From a virus (lineage: Duplodnaviria > Caudoviricetes), in the IMG/VR virus record IMGVR_UViG_3300039309_000221, positions 1-52,776 of that record: a stretch of 52,776 nt of DNA, one strand, 5' to 3'. This document shows, piece by piece, positions 45,602-52,776 of this stretch (position 1 is its first letter; each line of letters opens with the position of its first letter). The notes under the pieces were generated by a model. The model was not told the origin of the DNA. It did not search any database and worked only from the letters and a program-made list of their open reading frames with translations. A program made the translations under genes and the position numbers.

Positions 45602-47485
45602 ATGCCGCAAGAAAAAGTTGAAAAAATTGACTTATTTGAGAAATTAAAAGCAGATCTGCTTAAAATAGATCCTTGTGCTTGGTGCGAAACCAATTTAACG
45701 CTTGAAGGTGAACCCTTTCGTCTTCATGGAAATGGTTATCGCCCATTAATGGATATATACAGATACATAGGCATAAAAGCATTAGAACCAAATGCGAAAC
45801 CAGTAATATGGGTCAAAGGACGACAGGTTGGAGCAACTATTTGTGCTTGTGCGTTAGAAATGTATTTTATGGGGAGCGGACTTTTCGGCAACAAAGATAA
45901 GCCACCTATTCGTGTTCTTCATGCTTTTCCGCAGCTCGATCACGCAGCGGCATATTCGAAAACAAAGCTTAATCAAATGATAACAATGTCTCGCCAGGTT
46001 GATAATCCTGACGCAAAAAAAGGATCAAAACAAAAATCGCTAATGCAGTCATTAATTGACCAATCATCGTCAACTAATGATTCATTAACCTTTAAACAGT
46101 TTCAGGGCGGAAATCATTTATGGGTTGAGAGTACAGGAATCGATTCTGACCGCATAATGGGGCGTTCCTGCGACATTATGCTTTTTGATGAAATTCAGAA
46201 AATTCCCGGACTTGCCATAGGAAATGCATTAAAAATATTAACAGCATCTAAGTATGGCAAGCCATCAAAAGGGGTTCAGTTTTATTTTGGAACCCCCCGT
46301 CGCAAGGGATCAGATTATCATAAAATGTGGCAATCGAGCACACAGCAATATTATCATCTTGGTTGCGAAAAATGTCATCAATATTTTCCATTATATACAC
46401 CAGGGTCGGATAGCTGGAAAAAGATTTGGCTACATGGGTATATTGTTCAGTGCCCTCATTGCGGACAAGAACAAGATAAAAGGGATGCTGCGGAAAGAGG
46501 AAAGTGGTTTGCATTAAGAGATGAAAATGACCCAGAGTGCAGAATGATTGGTTTTCATCTTAACCAGTTATATATGCCACGGTTCCAAAAAGAAGATATA
46601 CTTGGTGAGGAACCAGGGGTTCATCCAATTAATACAGAGAGAGTTTTTCATAATGAGGTGCTTGGTGAATTTTATCAGGGTGATGCATCGCCAATAACGC
46701 CAGAAGAAATACGAGAAATGTGCGGAGAGCCCGAGAGAAGATTTGTATCACGAATAGAGCCAAACAAAGATCAAATAGTTGTTATGGGAATAGATTATGG
46801 ATTAAGAGCTAATCTTGAAGAGGCGGCAAATCCTGATAAAGTTAAATCTATCGGAATATCATATAGTGTTGCTACTATTATGTTAGTCAAAGGTCCAAAA
46901 TTATTATCTATTGAGTTTGCATTGAAGTTTAAGCGAAATGATCCAGCAAGTAAAAAAGAGCTCATCGATCAGCTTATGAGGCAATATAGTGTTAATCTTT
47001 GCGTCGGTGATATCGGATATTCTAATGATTTTTCGCAAACATTGCATACAGAATATGGTGATAGATATTTAGTTTCTCGATGTGCTGGTGGCAAGCTTAA
47101 TGATTTTGTTAAGTTTAGAACTGATACTTTTCCAAAGGAAATTGTTTTTGATAGAGATCATTATATAGGCGAGTTTATAGATTTGTTAAAAGGCGGAAAT
47201 ATTAAGTTCCCATTAGGAGATTATGAAAGAATTGCGTGGCTTATAGATCATTGTTCCTCTATGGAATTAAAACCAAGCATATCAAGATTTGGCGATCCAA
47301 GTATTCATTATGTAAAAGGTGGATCAGCTAACGATGGTTTAATGAGTGCTCTAAACGCATATATAGCCTATAAGTTTATCATAACAAAGGGATTTACCAC
47401 AAATAATCCATTAGTCATCGAGCAAGGGTTTAAGAACAGAGAAAAACCTCTCGCCGTTGGTGGATATATCTCACGACGAATATAA
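45602..47485 (+). CDS. terL: Terminase large subunit (lambda GpA-like)
   Basis: KGRQVGAT Walker A, LFDEIQ Walker B, GTP coupling motif, CEKC/CPHC, GFHLNQLY, NEVLGEFY, MGIDYG nuclease. Confidence 0.9.
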   Translation: MPQEKVEKIDLFEKLKADLLKIDPCAWCETNLTLEGEPFRLHGNGYRPLMDIYRYIGIKALEPNAKPVIWVKGRQVGATICACALEMYFMGSGLFGNKDKPPIRVLHAFPQLDHAAAYSKTKLNQMITMSRQVDNPDAKKGSKQKSLMQSLIDQSSSTNDSLTFKQFQGGNHLWVESTGIDSDRIMGRSCDIMLFDEIQKIPGLAIGNALKILTASKYGKPSKGVQFYFGTPRRKGSDYHKMWQSSTQQYYHLGCEKCHQYFPLYTPGSDSWKKIWLHGYIVQCPHCGQEQDKRDAAERGKWFALRDENDPECRMIGFHLNQLYMPRFQKEDILGEEPGVHPINTERVFHNEVLGEFYQGDASPITPEEIREMCGEPERRFVSRIEPNKDQIVVMGIDYGLRANLEEAANPDKVKSIGISYSVATIMLVKGPKLLSIEFALKFKRNDPASKKELIDQLMRQYSVNLCVGDIGYSNDFSQTLHTEYGDRYLVSRCAGGKLNDFVKFRTDTFPKEIVFDRDHYIGEFIDLLKGGNIKFPLGDYERIAWLIDHCSSMELKPSISRFGDPSIHYVKGGSANDGLMSALNAYIAYKFIITKGFTTNNPLVIEQGFKNREKPLAVGGYISRRI

Positions 47486-47499
47486 TATTGCTCATAATG

Positions 47500-47508
47500 T
47501 GATATATA
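47500..47508 (+). promoter_or_regulatory. TGATATATA putative phage promoter element
   Basis: Intergenic, upstream of the portal GAGGA RBS. Confidence 0.5.
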
Positions 47509-47529
47509 GGTTAATGAGGAAAATATAAA

Positions 47530-49362
47530 ATGCCTATTGATCGAGTTTCTGGATTATGGACTGGACCATCGAAGAGTGAAGCTTATCTTTCTGGAAGATC
47601 TGAGATACCGAAAGTATCCTCTCAAATGGTTAAAGGAATATCTGATTATCGCCGTGGGGTTCTTTCGCAAGAAGTAGAACAAGGACTTTTTCGTGATGGG
47701 TCGAGTCCTCCAAATAATAATGCGTTAACACCGAACTCTCACGCAACTGCAAGTGTCGGTATGAAGAAAACTGCCCAAATATTATCTGGCGGTGGATTTG
47801 GTGGTGCCGGCGGAACAGTCAAGCAGATACCTGAGGTGTATAGCCCATTATGGCTTACAAGTAATCTTAATTTACCAAGGGATAGAGCAACAATAAATGC
47901 TTGGTGTCGTTCATTCTATGCATTAAATCCTTTTGTTGCCAATGCGATTAGTTTGCATAGCACATATCCGATTAGCAAATTAAGTATTAAATGTCCAAAT
48001 AAGGAGATAGAAAACTTTTTTAATGATATGATTGAGGAGACAGACCTTCTTAACATATGCGTTCAGATAGCACAAGAATATTGGCTTCTCGGTGAGAGTT
48101 TTCCTTATGGAGAATATGACGAGATACACGGAAAGTGGAGCAGATTTGTTATCTACAATCCAGATTATATGATTGTCAAAAGATCAATATCTGCAAGCGA
48201 ACCTGAGATGTTTTTAAGACCTGATGAAAACTTGAAAAAAATTGTCACATCGACGCGTCCATCAGATATTATGCAGAAAAAACAGCTAAATCAACATATT
48301 ATTGATAGCGTCCGTCGCGGCGAAAATATACCATTGGATAATTTTAATGTTTGGCATTTGGCGAGAAGAATAAGCCCTTATGAGATAAGAGGAACAGGTC
48401 TACCAGTATCAATATTTAGAATACTCATGTTATTTGATCAAATGTACGAAGCTAAGTTTGCACAAGCACAAAATCTTATCAATCCCATCACGGTCGTCAA
48501 GATTGGAACAGATGGACCAGAAGGATTGCATCCGACACACGCCGATCTTGAAGCTTGGAGAGAGTTATTCGAGACGGCTCAATTTGATCGCGATTTTAAG
48601 ATATTTACACATGCTGGCGTAGCAATAGAGCGTATTGGAGCTAGTTCTGCTATCATAGATATTAATCCAGATATACAACAGATCATAAAAATGATCTACA
48701 TAGGACTTATGGTTCCACAGGTAATAATGGAGAGTGGAGATATAACATATGCTAATGGTGGTATAGCTCTCGATGTTCTTCGACAGAGATATATAGGGTT
48801 TAGAAATATGCTCGCTATGTGGTTAAGAAGGAAAATATTTGCACCTATTTGTGAGGTTCAAGGATTTTTCAATTATGAGAATGGAAAAAAGAGATTAATA
48901 GTTCCAGAAGTCGAATGGAACCATATGTCATTATTTGATACTATGGACTATATTGGTGTTATGAAGGAATTAGCATCGGGAGAAGATGCTGCGAAAAGAG
49001 CTTCATTACATTCTCTTTACAAATGCATAGGTCTTGACTACGAAGATGAAGTAAGAAAAATGAAAAAAGAAGCGATACAAAATGCTATCGCTCTCAAAGA
49101 AAAGGCGGCATTACAAGCTCTTGATCTTAATTCATTGCGCGCATTATCTGATACAGATGAAATACCTGCTCCTTCTGCTGACGCACAAAATGCGCCTACT
49201 GAACCTGGTCAAGAGCCTCCGGTGCCTGGACAATCTACCGGAATGCCTTCGTTAGATTTAAGCTCTCCGCCTCCGATGCCATCTGGTGGAATGTCAGCGC
49301 CTGAAACTCCACCAACAGCGCCACCGGCTGCTCCTCCGGCAACTCCGCCGGCAACTCCATAA
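47530..49362 (+). CDS. Portal protein
   Basis: Follows terL; CRSFY..NPFV.NAI, EYWLLGE.F, HLAR..SPYE.RG, Pro-rich C-tail. Confidence 0.8.
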   Translation: MPIDRVSGLWTGPSKSEAYLSGRSEIPKVSSQMVKGISDYRRGVLSQEVEQGLFRDGSSPPNNNALTPNSHATASVGMKKTAQILSGGGFGGAGGTVKQIPEVYSPLWLTSNLNLPRDRATINAWCRSFYALNPFVANAISLHSTYPISKLSIKCPNKEIENFFNDMIEETDLLNICVQIAQEYWLLGESFPYGEYDEIHGKWSRFVIYNPDYMIVKRSISASEPEMFLRPDENLKKIVTSTRPSDIMQKKQLNQHIIDSVRRGENIPLDNFNVWHLARRISPYEIRGTGLPVSIFRILMLFDQMYEAKFAQAQNLINPITVVKIGTDGPEGLHPTHADLEAWRELFETAQFDRDFKIFTHAGVAIERIGASSAIIDINPDIQQIIKMIYIGLMVPQVIMESGDITYANGGIALDVLRQRYIGFRNMLAMWLRRKIFAPICEVQGFFNYENGKKRLIVPEVEWNHMSLFDTMDYIGVMKELASGEDAAKRASLHSLYKCIGLDYEDEVRKMKKEAIQNAIALKEKAALQALDLNSLRALSDTDEIPAPSADAQNAPTEPGQEPPVPGQSTGMPSLDLSSPPPMPSGGMSAPETPPTAPPAAPPATPPATP

Positions 49363-49429
49363 AAAATAATTGATTGTTAGCAATATTCTTGCATTAGATA
49401 TAGTTATTAATAGCGAGGATGTTTGCCTT

Positions 49430-51469
49430 ATGGATAAACTCATTGAAAAAATTGCTCAAAGAAGAGGATTGCTAAACAAAATAAGAGAGAAGACAAATAT
49501 TTCTGGAATAGCGGCAGAGAAGTATTTTAATCCAGAGTTGCAGCAGGTAATGGATCATTTGCGTGATGTTGACGATGGTGTTCGAGCAATAGCAATAGGG
49601 CAAGCAGTTGGAGAGGCAAATGCTCCTGAAGATCCGATAAGTTTAAAGCAGATATTGAAATCTGTTAAATCTAATTTAGCTCGTCGTGAATATATGAAAG
49701 CCGCAGCTGATCTTGGGCGCTTTCATAAGAAGGTTTTCGATATAGCTCATTTACTATCATTGTTCACCGCTAATATAGATAAAGCTCATAAAAAGTTTCT
49801 TTTTCAAGATTTAGATGAAGAGACAGCAAATAAGTTAAAGTATTTGGCTAATAAATGGAAACCAAAAGCTGCTGATTATTTTACAGTTTCTCTTATCAAG
49901 AATGCTGGTATTATGGATTTTCTTCATAATATTGGAACGGAGCGTGGTCGTGCATTAGCATATTGGGAAAAGACTTATCCAGGAAAAGTAAAAAAGTTAA
50001 AAGAGCAAACTATATCACTTCTTTCGCAATCTGAAAAGCTTAATGGAACGATTAATCAATTATTTGCTGATCTCGCAAAGGCTCGTGCAGTAAGAAATCC
50101 TGATAACTACATTAATGTATCAAATAAGATGATTAATGAAATTAAGAAATATGATGAGAGTGATCGTGGTTTTAGAAAGTATTATGAAGAAAATATAAAG
50201 GGTGATTTAGAGCAGTTTTTTAAGGAACAAGAAGAAGCTGCTGCTAAAAAAGATCAAGAGGCTGCGCCAGTATCAAATGTCAAAATACCTTCTGCCCTTC
50301 CAATTCCAAGCTTAAAGATTAATAATCCAGTTCGTCCGATTGCCGCGCCATTAGATGTTGATTTTGGGCAAGAAAAACAAAATGTTTCTCCACAAAATAT
50401 AGCTCCGAAGCAGGAAGAAAAAACTCATTCATTAGATGAACTTATTCATAAAAAGGATCCAGTTTCTGGCGATATAACATTAATAGATCCAGATACATCT
50501 GAAATCATTGGACATATAGAGGGCAATAATCCACCAGCCGTATTGCCAAATAAACCAGCTGTTGTGGAAACTAAACCAGTAGTTCCAGAAGCAAAACCAG
50601 TCCCGGCAGCAAAACCAGTCCCGGCAGCAAAACCAGTTTCAGTCGAACAAAAGCCAGCAAAAAAGAGAGAAAATCTTTTGGATTTTAAGCTTCCACTTAA
50701 ACCACCAGGTAAAAAAGCTGAATATACAGCATTTTTAAAATCATTAGAAGCTCTTGCTGATGAGAGTCCTCTAATGTTGTCAAAATATATTTCTAAATAT
50801 GCAAAGCTAATTTTTGAGAATGATCCAGAAACTGCTCTTTCTCTAATGAAAATAGCGGCTCGTGCGGAGAATAATGATGGAAATAGAGTCTCCCGTATAA
50901 GAACTAATGTATCCGAAGCAGATATGAGTTCTGCAATATCATCTGCTTGGAGTAAATTATTCAATGGAGAAAAACCATCGAAAGAGCAAATAGCTCTTAT
51001 TCTTGCTCAAAATGCATTAGAGACAAATCATAGAAAGAGTATGTTTAACTATAATATTGGTAATATAACTACAAATGGTTTAGGCACTTATGATTATTAT
51101 GATGATCTGACTACATCAGAACAAATTAAGCCTGGTCTCTGGAAAAAAATGAACCTTAAATATCGAGCATACCCATCATTAGAAGCTGGTGCTGAGGATT
51201 ATTTGAGATTCATATCATCTGGACGATATTCCTCTGCTTGGGAGCATATTTTGCATCCAGATCCTGTCGCTTACTCAAAAGCATTAAAGGCAGCGGGGTA
51301 TTATACAGCCGATGAGAAAAAATACACTTCTGCCATAAATAAGTTATATGATAGCTACTCTAAATCGCAAGGTGCACAAACTTCACAAGAACAAGGTGCT
51401 TTTTCTAACTTAGAGGCATTATTGGATAGATACATTCAGATGACCTCATCCGCGTCGAGGAGAAATTAA
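49430..51469 (+). CDS. Large protein with C-terminal GH73/FlgJ-like glucosaminidase (peptidoglycan hydrolase) domain
   Basis: ILAQNALET...YNIGNI...YRAYPSLEAGAEDY..F...LKAAGYYTAD..Y. Confidence 0.75.
   Translation: MDKLIEKIAQRRGLLNKIREKTNISGIAAEKYFNPELQQVMDHLRDVDDGVRAIAIGQAVGEANAPEDPISLKQILKSVKSNLARREYMKAAADLGRFHKKVFDIAHLLSLFTANIDKAHKKFLFQDLDEETANKLKYLANKWKPKAADYFTVSLIKNAGIMDFLHNIGTERGRALAYWEKTYPGKVKKLKEQTISLLSQSEKLNGTINQLFADLAKARAVRNPDNYINVSNKMINEIKKYDESDRGFRKYYEENIKGDLEQFFKEQEEAAAKKDQEAAPVSNVKIPSALPIPSLKINNPVRPIAAPLDVDFGQEKQNVSPQNIAPKQEEKTHSLDELIHKKDPVSGDITLIDPDTSEIIGHIEGNNPPAVLPNKPAVVETKPVVPEAKPVPAAKPVPAAKPVSVEQKPAKKRENLLDFKLPLKPPGKKAEYTAFLKSLEALADESPLMLSKYISKYAKLIFENDPETALSLMKIAARAENNDGNRVSRIRTNVSEADMSSAISSAWSKLFNGEKPSKEQIALILAQNALETNHRKSMFNYNIGNITTNGLGTYDYYDDLTTSEQIKPGLWKKMNLKYRAYPSLEAGAEDYLRFISSGRYSSAWEHILHPDPVAYSKALKAAGYYTADEKKYTSAINKLYDSYSKSQGAQTSQEQGAFSNLEALLDRYIQMTSSASRRN
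50591..50637 (+). repeat. 18-bp tandem repeat GCAAAACCAGTCCCGGCA, 2 copies plus a partial copy (AKPVPA)
   Basis: Read directly; lies in a Pro-rich linker. Confidence 0.9.
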
Positions 51470-51861
51470 TGCCGACAGAAAAACAAATAATAGATCTTGC
51501 TAATACTTTTTCTTCCTCTGATAAAGAGAAAACATTAGCAGAGTTTCTTGCAGAGGCTCTTCGTGGTAAATATGTTGAGATATATTTAGGAGATGCTTAC
51601 GAAGAGATTAGCACTGAACAGGTATCGACGGCAGCTCTCGCAGTTATATGTGGGCGTGTAATCACAGCATATAAGGAGTGTTTGGTTTTAAGTGCTGCGA
51701 CAGTTGATAGAAAATTGAAAAAATTAAAGTTAGGCAATATGTTATTCATAAATGAGGGAGCTATACGCTTTTTGACAGAAGTTAATGATGATGGCATATT
51801 AAAAGATATGTATCTCAAATCAGAGGATACGCTTGACATTAAATCATTCGCGGGGCTCTAA
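51469..51861 (+). CDS. Hypothetical protein
   Basis: GAGGAG RBS, TAATG overlap. Confidence 0.7.
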   Translation: MPTEKQIIDLANTFSSSDKEKTLAEFLAEALRGKYVEIYLGDAYEEISTEQVSTAALAVICGRVITAYKECLVLSAATVDRKLKKLKLGNMLFINEGAIRFLTEVNDDGILKDMYLKSEDTLDIKSFAGL

Positions 51862-51862
51862 A

Positions 51863-52582
51863 ATGCTTAATGACATATTAATAAAGATAGCAGAATATGA
51901 GAGATTAGTTAAGATAGCATACATAAGAAAACTACCTAATGGAAAATATCGAGTTCTCTCTGAAAAAGGGAAAAACCTTGGAACATATGATTCACGATCT
52001 GCTGCGGCAAAACGCCTACGTCAAATTGAGTTCTTCAAACACAGAGATAAGCATAAAGCTGATGATAAAAAAATAGATTTAACAAAAGCTGATGATTATT
52101 CATATTCTGCAATATTGCGATGCTTAAAGCAAAATGCTGATAAAGATAAAGTTATCTCATTTATGAGTATATTTAAGAAATATTTTGATGAAGCGATTAA
52201 AAATAAGCTACAAAAACCTGAAAGAGTTGCTTTACAAAAGGCGTTAATAAAGTTCAATAAAATATGTCCTATAAAAGTTGATATTAAGTTAGTCAAAAAG
52301 GCAGCAATATCAGAATTAGGAGATCCTGAGCTTGTTGGTAAGTATTTATCTGGTGTCGTCCAATTTACATTGGGAAGAATATCACCAGAAAAAAGACAAA
52401 GAGTTCTTGATAAGGTTAAATCAAAGATCTATTATCTTAATGATTTAGAAATGGCGAGCAAAAAAATGCCGGCTGCCGCTTCTATTGGTCAAGCTATCGG
52501 ATTTATCAAAAATATATTAGCTAATCACGATGCGACATATATAAGACAGGTATTAAATAGTATAGCGAGGCATTTGGGATAA
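51863..52582 (+). CDS. Hypothetical basic protein, probable head-associated
   Basis: YIRKLPNGKYRVLSEKGKNLGTYDSRSAAAKRLRQIEFFKH module after VKIA. Confidence 0.65.
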   Translation: MLNDILIKIAEYERLVKIAYIRKLPNGKYRVLSEKGKNLGTYDSRSAAAKRLRQIEFFKHRDKHKADDKKIDLTKADDYSYSAILRCLKQNADKDKVISFMSIFKKYFDEAIKNKLQKPERVALQKALIKFNKICPIKVDIKLVKKAAISELGDPELVGKYLSGVVQFTLGRISPEKRQRVLDKVKSKIYYLNDLEMASKKMPAAASIGQAIGFIKNILANHDATYIRQVLNSIARHLG

Positions 52583-52583
52583 A

Positions 52584-52776
52584 ATGCTTCATCGATTAAG
52601 AAAAGTTATTCCTGGTGTTTATCGAGGATCGGCTCCGACCGAGCAGGATGTTCATTGGTTGAAAGAACATTTAGGTATTCGTAAAATTATATCATTAGAT
52701 AAAGAGAGTGGCGATAAAATAGATAATGTTTGTAAGGTGTTAGGAATAAGTCATATCATTATACCTATTGATGAGA
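52584..52776 (+). CDS. Protein tyrosine/dual-specificity phosphatase-like protein, 3' truncated by window edge
   Basis: MLHRLRKVIPGVYRGSAPTEQDVHWLKEHLGIRKIISLD...GISHIIIPID; the catalytic CX5R motif would lie beyond the window. Confidence 0.7.
   Translation, partial: MLHRLRKVIPGVYRGSAPTEQDVHWLKEHLGIRKIISLDKESGDKIDNVCKVLGISHIIIPIDE

Noticed and set aside
1312-52296. Minus-strand ORFs in the track (e.g. 19655-20188, 26808-27281, 42988-43572, 50446-50964)
   Set aside because: Nearly all lie antisense to well-supported + strand genes and show no recognisable motifs
1-52776. Stop-codon reassignment as in some huge phages
   Set aside because: Long conserved genes are uninterrupted in the standard code, and TAA, TAG and TGA all end genes
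1-52776. tRNA or rRNA genes
   Set aside because: No cloverleaf or T-loop signatures seen in the short intergenic gaps; tRNAscan would be needed to be certain

Overview
AT-rich segment of a large (jumbo/huge-type) tailed dsDNA phage genome. Essentially all real genes are on the + strand in the standard genetic code. From 1 to about 7 kb is an accessory region: an IsrB OMEGA nickase with upstream omega/HEARO-like RNA, an MT-A70 methyltransferase, an HNH nuclease, an unannotated out-of-frame OmpR/PhoB winged-helix fragment, a peptide deformylase-SEC-C fusion and a thioredoxin-like protein. From about 7 to 35.7 kb is a replication/recombination and chaperone module: split DnaG primase, SbcD/SbcC, dNMP kinase, Cas4-like nuclease, trigger factor, DnaE, RecA/UvsX, SSB, RuvC, DnaJ, a sigma-region-4-like HTH protein and three paralogous Zn-repeat endonucleases. 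After a strong terminator at about 35.72 kb comes a morphogenesis module: uncharacterised proteins rich in K-x-A motifs, an atypical CCA/poly(A) polymerase-family nucleotidyltransferase, a GpA-type terminase, portal, a GH73-domain protein and a partial phosphatase. The most striking observation is a CRISPR-like repeat-spacer-repeat unit (37-bp perfect repeats, 35-nt GC-rich spacer) inserted in frame in the dNMP kinase gene, resembling an off-target Cas1-Cas2 integration fixed in a phage gene. All calls come from motif reading by eye; no database searches were run.
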